Source: Octopus sinensis
Lineage: Eukaryota
Length of the DNA stretch: 64,000 nt
Direction of reading: 5' to 3'
Assembly: GCF_006345805.1 (NCBI RefSeq)
Contig: NC_043001.1
Span: 59,334,001-59,398,000, forward strand
A program made the position numbers and the translations under genes. Below the pieces are notes generated by a model that saw only the letters and a list, made by a program, of their open reading frames with translations, did no database searches and was not told where the DNA came from. Below, in pieces: positions 27,194-40,355 of this stretch. Within the stretch, counting starts at the first letter, position 1, and each line of letters opens with the position of its first letter.

Positions 27194-28303
27194 TTGAAAT
27201 ATCTAACAGAAATGCACAAAAAGCTAACTGAAAAGTTTAACAACATACTAGCAGAGCCAGAGACAATGCCTGAATGGCTCACGAAGGGGAAAACCATCTT
27301 AATTCCCAAATCAAATGAGACAGCAAAACCAGAAAACTACAGACCAATAACCTGTCTCCCTACAATGTACAAGGCATTTACTGCATTGATATCGCAAAGG
27401 TTGAACAAACACCTGGACGAAACCAACCTGTTCCCAGAAGAGCAGAAAGGATGCCGCAAAGGCTCATATGGCTGTAAAGATCAACTAATGATTAATAAAG
27501 CCATAAATGAAGACAGCCACAGAAAGAAGAAAGGCCTCAGTATGGCCTGGATCGACTACAAAAAGGCGTTTGATAGCATCCCCCACACATGGATCCTCGA
27601 AACACTAGCCATTAACAAAGTAGCACCAACAATTATAAAATTCATAGGGCACTCTATGAATAAATGGCAAACAGTGCTACAGCTCCAAACAAAAGAGGAA
27701 CTCATGAAAACCAAAGCCATCCCCATTAGAAGAGGAATATTCCAGGGAGACACGCTCTCTCCACTCCTTTTCTGCTTGGCACTGTCACCTCTATCTGATA
27801 TGCTAAATAGAACTGGATGCGGATATAAATGTTACGGCAAAACGATCAGCCACCTTTTATATATGGATGACCTAAAACTATACGCTGCAAATGACAAACA
27901 GCTGGAAACACTATTAAAGACAGTTCATGGATTTACCAAAGAAATAGATATGAAATTTGGATTAGAAAAATGCGCCAAAGTAACCCTGAAAAGTGGAAAA
28001 CTAGTTAAGAGTAGCAACATCACACTAGATAAAACCAATGAAATAAAAGAATTAGACCAATGCCAAACTTACAAATACTTAGGAATCCATGAACTAGATA
28101 AGACACAACACACACAAATGAAAGAGAAAATAAAAAAAGAATATTATAGACGAGTTAGATCAATACTAAAAACAGAGCTCAATGCTAAAAACAAGATAAT
28201 AGGTATTAACATTTTAGCTGTCCCAGTTATAAGTTACAGCTACAATATCCTTAACTGGACACTAACTGAACTGACCAAAATAGATAGGAAAACAAGAAAA
28301 TAA
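27194..28303 (+). CDS. Uninterrupted RT segment of the R4/Dong element (part of a frameshifted ORF)
   Basis: 369-codon ORF in the track with the core non-LTR RT motifs; it ends at an A-run frameshift. Confidence 0.9.
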   Translation: MKYLTEMHKKLTEKFNNILAEPETMPEWLTKGKTILIPKSNETAKPENYRPITCLPTMYKAFTALISQRLNKHLDETNLFPEEQKGCRKGSYGCKDQLMINKAINEDSHRKKKGLSMAWIDYKKAFDSIPHTWILETLAINKVAPTIIKFIGHSMNKWQTVLQLQTKEELMKTKAIPIRRGIFQGDTLSPLLFCLALSPLSDMLNRTGCGYKCYGKTISHLLYMDDLKLYAANDKQLETLLKTVHGFTKEIDMKFGLEKCAKVTLKSGKLVKSSNITLDKTNEIKELDQCQTYKYLGIHELDKTQHTQMKEKIKKEYYRRVRSILKTELNAKNKIIGINILAVPVISYSYNILNWTLTELTKIDRKTRK

Positions 28304-28556
28304 TGACAGGATCTAGGATGCATCACCCAAAATCTAACATAGAAAGATTATATATACAACGTATAGAAGGTGGTAGAGGCCTTATACAGCTGGAAAACTA
28401 CTATAAGATAACTACCATAGGACTGCAAAAATATCTACTTCAGAAAGAAGGAAAACTGATACAAATAGCGACAAAACACGAGCAAAACAAAAAACTGTTC
28501 TCAGTATTTAAGGAAGCTGACAAATACAAACAAGAAATCATACCACCTAATAAATA

Positions 28557-28694
28557 TGAAGAAGAAGAAGAAGAAGAAGAAGAAGAAGAAGAAGAAGAAG
28601 AAGAAGAAGAAGAGAAGAAGAAGAAGAAGAAGAAGAGAAGAAGAAGAAGAAGAAGAAGAAGAAGAAGAAGAAGAAGAAGAAGAAGAAGAAGAAG
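28557..28694. repeat. (GAA)n microsatellite inside the R4/Dong ORF
   Basis: About 45 GAA units with two 1-nt slips, between ...PPNKY and EDEDEETTKAIK. Confidence 0.96.
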
Positions 28695-29630
28695 ATGAGG
28701 ATGAAGAAACAACAAAAGCTATAAAACAAATGAAATCCAAACTAAAAATAGAACAGCAACGAACCATGATAAAACGATACCTTCATGGTAAATATTGGCT
28801 GGACTAAACTAAACGCAAAAGTAATAGACAAAGAAAAATCCCAGCAATGGTTGAGAAGCTCAGGACTCAAAGCAGAAACAGAGGGATTTTTAATTGCAGC
28901 ACAAGACCAAAGCCTCCCCACCAGAAATTACCAAAAACATGTAATGAAAAGAAATATAACAAGTAACTGCAGAATATGTGGAGATGGACAAGAAACAATA
29001 AATCATATTATCTCTAGCTGCCCAGTCCTGGCTAAGAAGAAATATATTCACAGACATGACAGAGTTGGAACCTACATACATTGGAAGCTATGCCAACATT
29101 ATGGAATAACAACAGAAAAAAGATGGTATAGACACACACCAGAAAAGGTCACAGAAAACGAGAAAGCAACCATACTCTGGGATATGACGATACACACAGA
29201 TAGAGAAATTAAGGCCAACAGACCTGATATAATTGTCAGAGATCATGAAGAAAAAAATGCTTTCTAATTGATGTATCAATACCGGCAGATGACAACGAGT
29301 CTCTAAAAGAAATGGAGAAACTCTCAAAATACAAAGACCTGGAAATAGAGGTAACCAGAATGTGGAATCTAAAAACAGAAACAATTCCTATCATAGTAGG
29401 TGCATTAGGCATGATAAAAAAACATTCAGACAAATACATAACAAAAACACCAGGACTTACAAACAAATATATCATACAGAAAATTGCACTACTAGGTACT
29501 GCACACATCCTACGCAGAACACTTTCCATACAATAACCATCAGAGCATCACAACAAATCACAGCACATACCTAAGGCACACAGAGCTGCGCTCGGTAGTG
29601 AAGTGAAAGCACGCTATAAAAATAAAACTA

Positions 29631-29695
<65 letters not shown>

Positions 29696-29705
29696 CAACA
29701 ATAAT

Positions 29706-30137
29706 AATTTCTACTTTAGGCACAAGGCCCGAAATTTTGGGGCCAGTCGAATAAATCGTCTCCAGTTCTCAACGAGTACTTATTTCATCTACCGCTAAAG
29801 GATAAAAGGTAAAGTTAGCCTTGGCGGAATATGAAACCAGACCATGATTATGGACGAAATGCTGCGGTACATTTTGACCGGCTTGCAAACGCCTCTGCCT
29901 GCTAGCCAGTTTTATAATGATAATAATAATGCTTTCTACTAAAGGCACAGGGCCTGAAATCTTTTGATGGGAGGGTATTAGTCGATTATGTTGCGCTCAG
30001 TGTTTCACGGGTACTTAATTTACCGACCCCGAAAGGCAGAGTTGAACTCGGCAGAATTTGGACTCAGAACTGAATTATGGCCGAAATACTGCTACGCACT
30101 TTGCCCGGCGTGCTAACGGTTCCGCCAGCTCGGCATT
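29706..30137 (-). mobile_element. Two tandem SINE family 2 copies (about 29706-29905 and 29915-30137)
   Basis: The minus strand begins gccgagctggcggaaccgttagc (A-box-like) with gagtccaaattc (B-box-like); both copies carry TTA-type tails. Confidence 0.78.
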
Positions 30138-30142
30138 CAAAA

Positions 30143-30182
<40 letters not shown>

Positions 30183-30186
30183 CGAC

Positions 30187-30227
<41 letters not shown>

Positions 30228-30323
30228 CGATGACGATGGTGATGACGATGACGACGACGATGACGATGATGATGATGATTATGATAATGATTATGATAAT
30301 AATAATAATAATAATAATAATAA
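30143..30323. repeat. (GAT/GAC)n grading into (TAA)n
   Basis: Read directly. Confidence 0.95.
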
Positions 30324-30569
30324 CATTTCGCTTTTGGATTTGGTTTGCACATACTGTATGTGAGTTCATGTGTTGAAGCATATACTGTTGTGTCTGGGGA
30401 GAGTCATTTTCTTTTTATGCCACACACTGACCCACACACATGTGCACAAACAAACAAAAAGGAACGCAGTGTAAATAATGGACAGAGTCAAGACTATTGA
30501 AAAGTTTGCAAGACGCAAAGAAAATTTTAGGAAAATAAAAATAAGAAATAAATGGTTATTCTACAGGTT

Positions 30570-33500
30570 AGTGTGTTAAATTATAAAGCACAAGAAGAGA
30601 ACGACTCTCCCCAGACACAATAGTATATGCTTCAACACACGAAGCAGACCAAATACAAAAACGAAATATAATAAGCTTTGGCCAATCTAGCAAGACGCTG
30701 AGAAACACCGTATTCAGCTGTCTAAAAATCAAGATAGCTACCCGACAACTCCACTTCATTAAAACATGCATCTCCTCCAAGCTATACACAAAATCTGTCA
30801 ATTCAGCTGCCAAGCGGTTAGGACTCACAGAATATAAAGAAAGAAAACTAAAACATACGATGTTACAAAACATCAAAAAGAAAATATACACAGAAATCAA
30901 CCAGTACAAAAAATGAGAGTCCTGCTGCGTGAACTAAAAAACCAACATTACTCCACATGAAAGAGGCACATTCATGACAAACATCGAACAAGAATACTGC
31001 CAAGTTAACCATGCCTGTAAAAAACACTTCAACAATAAACTCAAGTGGATGAAACAGCAACAACAACGATCCCAGCATGGTAAGTTGTAATACAAATACT
31101 CAAAAAATATTGACGGGATTGTTACGTCAGAATGTAAGCTACCAGAGTATTTCGACGCCAGGACACCGGAAAACAATACTACCATCAACAACAACAACAA
31201 ACGCACCCCTGGAATATATGGTGTAGTATAGCTCGATACAGATAAAATACATGCTTTAGAGTTACCACCAAAATTCGCTAAATATAAAAAGGTCAGAAAA
31301 ATTTGTTGTCTGAAATTGAAAAAACGTTCTTAAAATTAAGATGGATGTTAGGACAATACAAAAACAACAGCAAAACAAACATACAAAACCAAAACAACAA
31401 CAATAACAATAGCGGTGTTGATAACAACAATAGTGGCAATAACAACAGCAGCAACATCCCACACACAGATAACGATACCAACCACATCCTCCACACCTCC
31501 ACCAACACTACCCACATCAATACCACCCCAATAATAACAATAGGCGCAACACAAACACTACCACCACCACCGGCAGCAAGAACAACAACAACAATACCAG
31601 CAACTATAACAGCAACAACAACGATAATAACACTCTACACTCTGTCTTCTATAACCCTAACGACAAATCTTACGACATGACGAGGATCTACCCCACAGAC
31701 TAGCCCTTTAACAAAAGGGTATGTATCCCACCCCAAATTGATAGTGAAACAGAAGAAAAGATCACCTTAGCTAGAAATAGACTCCGATATATCTTAGACC
31801 GATACAACAAGTCCACTAAAAAGCATAGTGAGGAGGAGACCCACCAACTCAGCTCATCTGTTGACAAAAGCCTACAAAAACTGAAACAGCGATTTAGGAA
31901 CAGAGAATTAGTCTGGCAGACTGTCAATAGACAGCCAACAGACAGAACTATGTCCAGACCATGCAACACCACATCAGTAGCATGAGAGAAGTTACACCAC
32001 AGGAACATGAACGAGTGGAAAAACTTCTCAATGCTCACATGGGAAGGTGGTGCAATATATTCCAACCTATAAAAAAGACGGCTCACAATTTCCAAGCACC
32101 CAACAATGATGTTCCTACACTATACCGGTTACGCAAAGACCACAAACCCTACATAAACCCTGTCGTGGGGCCCCCGACTAGACCAGTTTGCGGAGCGAAT
32201 ATCTCCAGCAACTATTGACTGTCCTACTTCCTCTCACAGGTATTACGACCTCTCATAGAGATGTCTCCCTTTGTCTGTGTGAGTAGGGAAGATCTCCTCA
32301 ATAAAATTAGTACTTGCAACCACTACAACGACCTCACAGGTTGTACAGTGGGTCGAATGGATATGATTTCACTCAACCCTTCTATAGACATAGATTTTGC
32401 TGTGGAGAAATGCATTCAGGTAATCTGTGAGAGTTAGGTGGAGTTCCGTAAGGTCAACACCAGGGAACTGGGCCTCCTCCTCAGACTGAGCTATGGCAGT
32501 AACTATTTAGATGACCATGCCCTTATTAGATTCTACCCCACCAGGTCCCAGAGGGGAAGACCACCCACCATCACTTCAGCAATGAAGAAAAGCACTACAC
32601 TGCGCTGGAGTGACTGGACTGCAGCCACCCGAAACCCTGAGAACAACAATCAGGTGAAAGAAATGATTGCATATGCCATAGTGGCCAGTGTAAAAACCGC
32701 ATTGAAGAGCCACATAGTAAAGTTTTAAAAAAAACTATATATATGCAGGTTCAAGGTGCAGCCATCGGTGTCGGTGTAGCAGGAGATGTGGCCGGCCACT
32801 TCATAACCTGGTGGGACAGAAAACTTAAAGCAATTTTAGCATAACAGTCCCCAATTCCTCTACTCTACAGTAGATATGTAGATGACATAATTAGGACCAA
32901 CTCTAGTGACGGTAAAGTAGAAACTGAGAAGAACGTAATGGGAAGCATCCAGCAAATAGCTAACTCCATCCACCAAAGTATCAAGGTAACTATAGATTAC
33001 CCCACTAAGCACCCAACAATAGACTCCCTGTACTTGATACTGAACTTTGGTTAGAGACTCCACTCCTATTATATGAAACCCATAAGTTCAAAATATGTTG
33101 TTCACAAGAAATCAGCTTTGTCACACGACATGAAAATTAAGATACTGAAAGCAGACTTAGAATAATGAACAATGTGTCCCCACTATGAGAACTCTATGAA
33201 ACGAAAAACCATATACAGAACTTCATGCACCGCATGCAGTTCTCTTGATATGATCAGAAAGATAGGGTTCGAGTATACAGGTGGGGTGGCTAGAAAGAAA
33301 TAAGATAATATTATACGTAATGATACCAGTGGTACCTGTCCTAGATATAGAAACAAAGAATGGAATAGGATACAAAGAACTCTGACAAACCAAACAGGGC
33401 GAACACGTAGAATAAAACAAACAAACATCAAGGAGTTATGTTTGTAGAGGCTACAGCCCATGGAGAAATAACCTGTTGATTTAGAAAATCTCTGAAGGAG

Positions 33501-33950
33501 AACAAACTCAACATTAAGATTGTTGAAAAGCTAGGGAAATCCCTCTGATCAAAACTATGTAGGATGTACCCATTTGAGAATACCATATGCACCAATGATA
33601 ACTGCATGGTATGTAGGATTAGCCCTGTCATTAACTGTAGAACTCGAAATGTAGTTTACAGCATAAGATGCATAGCAGGTGCTTGTAAAGACATGACCAT
33701 GATATATACCTAGGGGAGACATCTAGGAGCATTGCGGAACGACTAAATGAACATCTAAGACAATATGACAACAAAAAAACCGTCCTCCATACTCTACCAA
33801 CATACCAAAGACCAACATGTAGGAAACTTGGGTCAACTTGACATCTGCATCTTATCCGAGCACCCAAAAAACCCAACACTCAGACAAATACGGGAGTACG
33901 TCCTTATAAATGAAACTTCCCGAATACTAAATAGGAAATATACATAGTAG
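30570..33950 (+). mobile_element. Near-full-length decayed Penelope-like element (N-terminal domain, RT, C-terminal GIY-YIG)
   Basis: HFIKTCISSKL; LELPPKF...KLRW; TLYRLRKDHKP...PPTRPVCGA; DMISLNPSID; QGAAIGVGVAG; YSRYVDDI; CMVC...CRTRNVVYSIRC...IYLGETSRSIAERLNEHL; RQIREYVLINE. Many stops and frameshifts. Confidence 0.9.
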
Positions 33951-34652
33951 ATATCATACCCCCATACCCACAGTTCACACAAGTAGAGTAGAATAGTTAG
34001 TGGGCTGTTATGTAGATAGAAGTATGTGTGTGTGTGTGTTTGGGTGTATGTATATATGTGTATATGCACATATATGTAAGCATATGGATATGAAAATATG
34101 CAGATCAACATACAGACGGATTGGTACATAGGTTATATGAACAGACAAGCACACATACGCAAATGGAGACTGAAACACATGACCATATATACACATACAC
34201 TTTACTTCACACAAGGACACATACGAGATGCACATCCATACATACAAACACAGTACATATTTGCAAAACACACACACACGCACACTCAGACGTGCACACT
34301 CAAGGAGACAGAGGTGCATACATATATAAACACACGCACACACATATAGAGAAAAATACACAAACACGGACATGCAAGCACATGAATGTGCAGAATACAT
34401 GCATACAGATGCACACCCACATACATACATATATACATATGCATACACACATGAAAAAATAAAATCATAAAATCACAGGTACCCAGATTTCTGGGGCAAG
34501 TATCTCTTTTCAGTTCTTTATCACCGGTTTTAAGGTGTATACACAGACTATACACGCCACTGTCATCCACCTCCGAACACAATGACTGGAAGGCAACACT
34601 TCTCTCTTCATCCTTATTTTCCTCTTCGGGGGTAACATAAAGAAGGTTTGGA

Positions 34653-34725
34653 ATAATAATAATAATAATAATATAATATAATAATAATAATAATATATAA
34701 TAATAATAATAATAACAACAACAAC

Positions 34726-34788
<63 letters not shown>

Positions 34789-34868
34789 AGAAGAAGAAGA
34801 AGAAGAAGAAGAAGAAGAAGAAGAAGAAGAAGAAGAAGAAGAAGAAGAAGAAGAAGAAGAAGAAGAAG

Positions 34869-34898
<30 letters not shown>
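34653..34898. repeat. (TAA)n joined to (GAA)n
   Basis: Read directly. Confidence 0.96.
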
Positions 34899-34899
<1 letters not shown>

Positions 34900-36744
34900 T
34901 TCCTTTTTCGACGACATATTAGAAACCAATGGAATCAGAGAAGTGGGGAAAAAAACGAAGACCTATGAATCATGTAAGGGAAACGAGAAATTTAGAAGTC
35001 AACAACAGCAGCAGGAAGAAAACAAGAGAGGCATTTGCAGAACCAAAAGGAATAATATATTGCAAAGAAAGAGAAATAAAAACGGAAGTATTGAGAACAA
35101 CGATAAAATATTGCGAAAAGAAACAAATATTTTGGTTTTAGTTTTCTATTTTCTTTTTCTTCTTACCAAATTGAATCATTTCATATTCACTGAACATGTT
35201 ATCTTTTTTTTGCAAAATCTTTCCAACAGAGTTTCACTGTCGTTGTAATATCCTCAACTTACACGACCGAATTTTTCACTCTAATTCTTTTTGGCGATAT
35301 TTCGTTATATCTGTTATGTAGTTTTAACTTTCACTGGATTCAAGTTTTGCTCTTCTTGATGTATTTTGCTTCCTACTTTTCGTTCTATGTTTTTGTATTT
35401 TGCTCTAAATTTTTGAGGAATATATACATACACAAACGCGCATACAGCCGTTATAAATACAAATTGTATGTTTGTAGAAAATATGCGTGTAGGGTCGTGT
35501 GTATGCACATAGGCTTATACATAGACACATGCATATATAAACATAAAAATATATGTATTCATGTATGTCTGTCTGTACGTATGTAGTTATTTGTGTATGT
35601 ATGTATATATTCGTGTATTCATGTATATGTATATGTATGTATATATGTTTATGCGTATGCGCATCTATGTATGCATGTATAAGATTTATACACTCATATA
35701 TATTGTGTACATATAGGTATACGTACGTTCAGGTGTTTTTAAAGGAAAGAAAGATTTAGATGATAGAGAAAAGGGTGGGGGAAGAGTGGAAATCGAAATG
35801 CGTGAAAATACACAAAAATTCATGGACAAAAATATTAATAATTCGTTTTCGTGGTGCCATTTCTGATGGGAAAACACCTAGTTCATATCCTTAACGTCAA
35901 GTAAATATATATACAGAAACAACTTTATCAGTGTGACATACACATCGGAAATTTTAATATATTTCGATCAGAATTATGTATGTGATGATGTTTAAATATC
36001 CTTTGCTATGTGTACAAACGCAAAAGCATTAGATGATGCTTGAGAACACAGAAGACAGAAATTCTGTACGGATGATAGAGTAAGATATTTTATGATTCTT
36101 CCTAATAATATAATCTGTATATTCCAAGAGGAGTAATAATGTAAGCAATATATCGCCATATAAACAATTCTAAATTTTAAAAGAATCTTTCGGCCATTAC
36201 ATTAATGGACAAATCAAAGAAAATATATGTGTGCAGTTGATGATTTTTCCGGGCAGTATTTCCTTTTAAATGACAAAAGAAATCATACCGCAATTTCGAT
36301 TTCTAATTTTTGTATCAATATATACCATATTGGCCCTTTTGTTATACTATCTTATGCTTCATAGTTTTCCCCCAAAGTTCACTAAGTTAAAAATAATACT
36401 TGATTCAGAGGAACCCCTGTTCCAGCACTTTGGTTCATACACCCTTTCAATAATCGCAAACATGTATACACCGACGGGTATACACATTATATAATCATAT
36501 ATGTGTGTATTTATTTATGTGAGAATGTATGTGTCAAGTGTATGAATTCTACTGTGAATAATGAATTGATGAGAGCCTCTAAGTGATTAATAGTTTCGGT
36601 GAAGTCGGAATTCTCGGAGTATTAGGTGTTTTCTAAATGGGACGAAAACACCACTCAGTAGGAGGCTTTGAACATCCGGAAAAAAACTCTTAAATTATTA
36701 CTTCACAAATACTTTGAATTTCTTCGAGTCAGTTGTTCTTTTTA

Positions 36745-36920
36745 TTCTTTCTTTTCTTTTACTTGTTTCAGGCATTTGACTGCGGCCATGCTGGAGCACC
36801 GCCTTTAGTCGAGCAAATCGACCCCGGGACTTATTCTTTGTAAGCCCAGTACTTATTCTATCGGTCTCTTTTGCCGAACCGCTAAGGGACGGGGACGTAA
36901 ACACACCAGCATCGGTTGTA
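36745..36920 (-). mobile_element. SINE family 1, 3' fragment
   Basis: Matches the reverse complement of about 7460-7638. Confidence 0.9.
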
Positions 36921-38966
36921 TTCATTTTATTTTATAATATTACTTTTCTCAACTACCAAATAAGGTTTCAAAATGTGTACACCATCCATGGAGAATCATG
37001 GGAAAACTGTAATTTTTCCTCAATTGTTAATCGCAAATAAAAGATAGATAAACGCGCGCAAACACTCACACACACATACACACACACACACATACATACA
37101 CACACAATTATATATGTTATATGTTTTCTTAAATGTAAAAACCTTAAAAATATAAACTTGAAAATAGTTGACTACTAAATGAAGAGTCTGCTATTTATTA
37201 TTCTGAAAGAAATGGTAGTTGTGTCTTCAAGTCAAGAGAGGCGTGACAGCTGTTCTTTTTTTTTCTTTTAGTATTTCACTGTTGATGAATCTTCATTGTC
37301 TGTCGATCAAACATTCTTTTTAATAGATGTGTGTGCATGTATTATATTTTTACCAGTATATTTTCTCCTTTTCATAATTGCGATCAAATATTTCCTAGTT
37401 TATGACCTTCGCCTCTAATCATTCTCTCCTAATTATTTATATCATTTTCCTCTGCTTGATATTAGTATTTTATTTTTGCAAACACTCGTTTGATTATCAG
37501 TTTCATTTTTTTACACGATAGTATACATTTACATTGCTCCTACGTATTATTCCTGGTTTCTTAAATCTATATCATTATTCTGCTGGTTTAATTTTATTCA
37601 TGCCTGGCTATTCTGGATTCTTTTATTCATAAAACTGACTATTCCGGGTCATTTTCGCATTACTATCATTTTATGGCGTCCACAAATGTTTTATATTCGG
37701 AATCAATGTCATTGATACCGAGCCACCAGTTTCATTAGATATCGATGACTTTCCGAACAACCCTTGCTGTTACTAACAGAACATATTTTCTCTCCCCCCT
37801 TCCTCTCTCTCTATGTGTGTATGTGTGTGTGTTTACGAATATACAAACAAGGCGTAAATAATCGTCATTACACAGGTCTTTATGGTAGTAAATTTAACTT
37901 TACAATTGTTTCCAGTAGTCATTATAGGTTCCATGTTAATACATTTACTCAATCGGCCTATCCATCAGTTGAGAAAAATTAAACGACTTAGTGAAACACT
38001 ACGGTAATTTGTATCCTTGTGTTTGTGCACGTCACCCCAACAATGTCTGACAAAGAATGGGGATATATTTACGCCCAAATAACGGAGTAGTTCATCAAAA
38101 AGTGACCGATAGGTTAAGCACCAGATATTAAAAATTTATTGATGGTGTCGAGAAGGGAAGATGGGTGGAGAAATGAAGTGCGATACTTTCCTATTCATAT
38201 ATAATTGACTGGGATTTCCACCGGTATATCTGAGTTCAAATAAATAAATAAATAAATTAATTAATTATTTAATTAAAACGTCATCACCGCAGACATTGTC
38301 ACATTCTAACAGTGCTTCAAGCATTCACAGTAGAAATGCAGCAGCAAGAACAAGAGGAATGAGAAATGAATCGGATCAGGCGTTGCCAAGGTCTCATTAA
38401 CAGAGATGACTACAGCGACTTCCATACTTTCCATGTACGAAATGTACCCACAAAACACTGGCTGGTCTAGAGTCTTAGTAGATACACTTAAACGGGTGTT
38501 CTCAAATGAAAACAGATTTCTTGAGAGACACTAGGAGTAAAATGAATATGAGCGAAAGCAACAGGTGCTTTGCTCTCACGCTTCAGCGGAGAACCAAACT
38601 AGAAGTGATGAATAGAAATAGTAGGGGATGTATGATAGACAGGTGTAAGTTCATTGAGCGAAAATACAGTTAGAGACTACATGATTCGAAGAGAATAACA
38701 TAAGCTACCTCCTTTCTTTATATATGAACCCATTTCATTATTATTAGAAATGGATGAAGTGACTTATGGTCATCACTGTATATACATATAAATGATGCAT
38801 ACAATACCCTTACACACACACACACACACATACATATGTATGCATGTATGTGTGTGTACGTGTGTGTATCTCTCTCTCTCTCTATATATATATATGCACA
38901 AACAAATGCACAAACTCACACACATACACACAACCATATATGTGTGTATGTATATATTATATATAT

Positions 38967-39040
<74 letters not shown>

Positions 39041-39042
<2 letters not shown>

Positions 39043-39951
39043 GTGGGCTGAGGACAACAACATGCAGTTTAATGCAGGTAAGTTCCAGGCCCTGCGCTAC
39101 TGGCACACAAAGGTAAATGACGTGAAGACTGGATACACTGGCCTAGGAAGAATTGCAAACCCTGAGTCAAAATCAGTGCGTGACCTGGGCATTGACATGA
39201 GCAATGATGCATCTTTCCAAGTGCATATTGCTAATCTGGTGATAAAATGCAGACGGCTAGCTGGATGGATTCTCCGAACTTTCAGAACAAGAGAGAAGGA
39301 GACACTGATGGTCCTATGGAAAACATTCGTCCTCAGCCGCTTGGACTACTGCTCCCAACTTTGGTCACCACACAATATAAAACAAACAGCAGAACTCGAA
39401 GCAATTCAGAGAAGCTACACAATGAAAATCGTCTCAATGCAAAATGTCAGCTACTGGGAAAGACTGAAGGTATTAAACCTCTTCTCCCTGGAGCGGAGGC
39501 GGGAGAGATATGCAGTGATATACATCTGGAAAATCCTGGAGGGTCTTGTCCCAAACTTTGGCATTCAAAGTTACTCCAACCGCAGAACGGGGCGCCGCTG
39601 CGTGGTGCCAAGGATTCCAACATCACCATCAAAATACAGGTCCAGATACTGCAACAGCTTGGGTTTCAGAGGACCACAGCTCTTTAACATCCTCCCTAAA
39701 TGCCTGAGAGACTTACATGGTGTGGATGTGGGTTTCTTTAAAACTAAACTGGATCTCTTCTTGTTGGGAGTCCCAGATGAACCTACCTCACGACAGGAGA
39801 CACGGATGCGGGCAGCAACATCGAACTCCCTTGTTGATCAAGTGCCACGTATCAGAGGGGGATTCACAAACTAGTGTAGCTCATTCAGCGGTGGTGCCCC
39901 AGCATGGCCGCGGCCTTCGGGCTAAAACATTTTTAAGGATTTTAAGGATTT
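39041..39951 (+). mobile_element. CR1-group LINE 3' end (RT C-terminal/thumb region), 5'-truncated, open frame
   Basis: WAEDNNMQFNAGKF, VRDLGI, LDYCSQLWSP, LEAIQRS, YWERLKVLNLFSLERRRER, IWKILEG; stop at 39872-39874; short 3' UTR and a (TTTTAAGGA)2 tail. The ORF part upstream of 39041 is microsatellite read-through. Confidence 0.9.
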
Positions 39952-40040
39952 ATATATATATATATATACAGACACAGACACATGTATATATTAAATGAAT
40001 GTATATGTGCATGTGTTTATGCATATTTTCAGATATATAC

Positions 40041-40080
<40 letters not shown>

Positions 40081-40167
40081 CATATATATAAGCATATTGC
40101 GTGTGAGTGTGTTTATGTATGTTTATATGTATGTATGTTTGTATGTATATACATATATACATGTATG

Positions 40168-40211
<44 letters not shown>

Positions 40212-40300
40212 AACATATATATAAGCATATTGCGTGTGAGTGTGTTTATGTATGTTTATATGTATGTATGTTTGTATGTATATACATATATACATGTATG

Positions 40301-40345
<45 letters not shown>
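40081..40345. repeat. 133-bp tandem duplication of a microsatellite-mosaic unit
   Basis: catatatataagcatattgcgtgtgagtgtg... starts at 40081 and again at 40214. Confidence 0.85.

Positions 40346-40353
<8 letters not shown>

Positions 40354-40355
<2 letters not shown>

Larger units (their letters stand above)
26747..29633 (+). mobile_element. R4/Dong-clade non-LTR retrotransposon (RT + CCHC + restriction-like endonuclease), 5'-truncated
   Basis: RIRRYEKRQRFFEQNKKF...FWREIW; NWKAPGHDKI; YRPITCLPT; DYKKAFDS; GIFQGDTLSPLLF; YMDDLKLYA; CRICGDGQETINHIISSC; RHD; PDIIV...IDVSIP...EKLSKYKDL; 3' UTR then (TAA)n tail. Confidence 0.96.

Noticed and set aside
38792-39040. N-terminal part of the 360-aa ORF
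   Set aside because: Microsatellite read-through in frame with the CR1-like fragment; LINE homology starts at about 39041.
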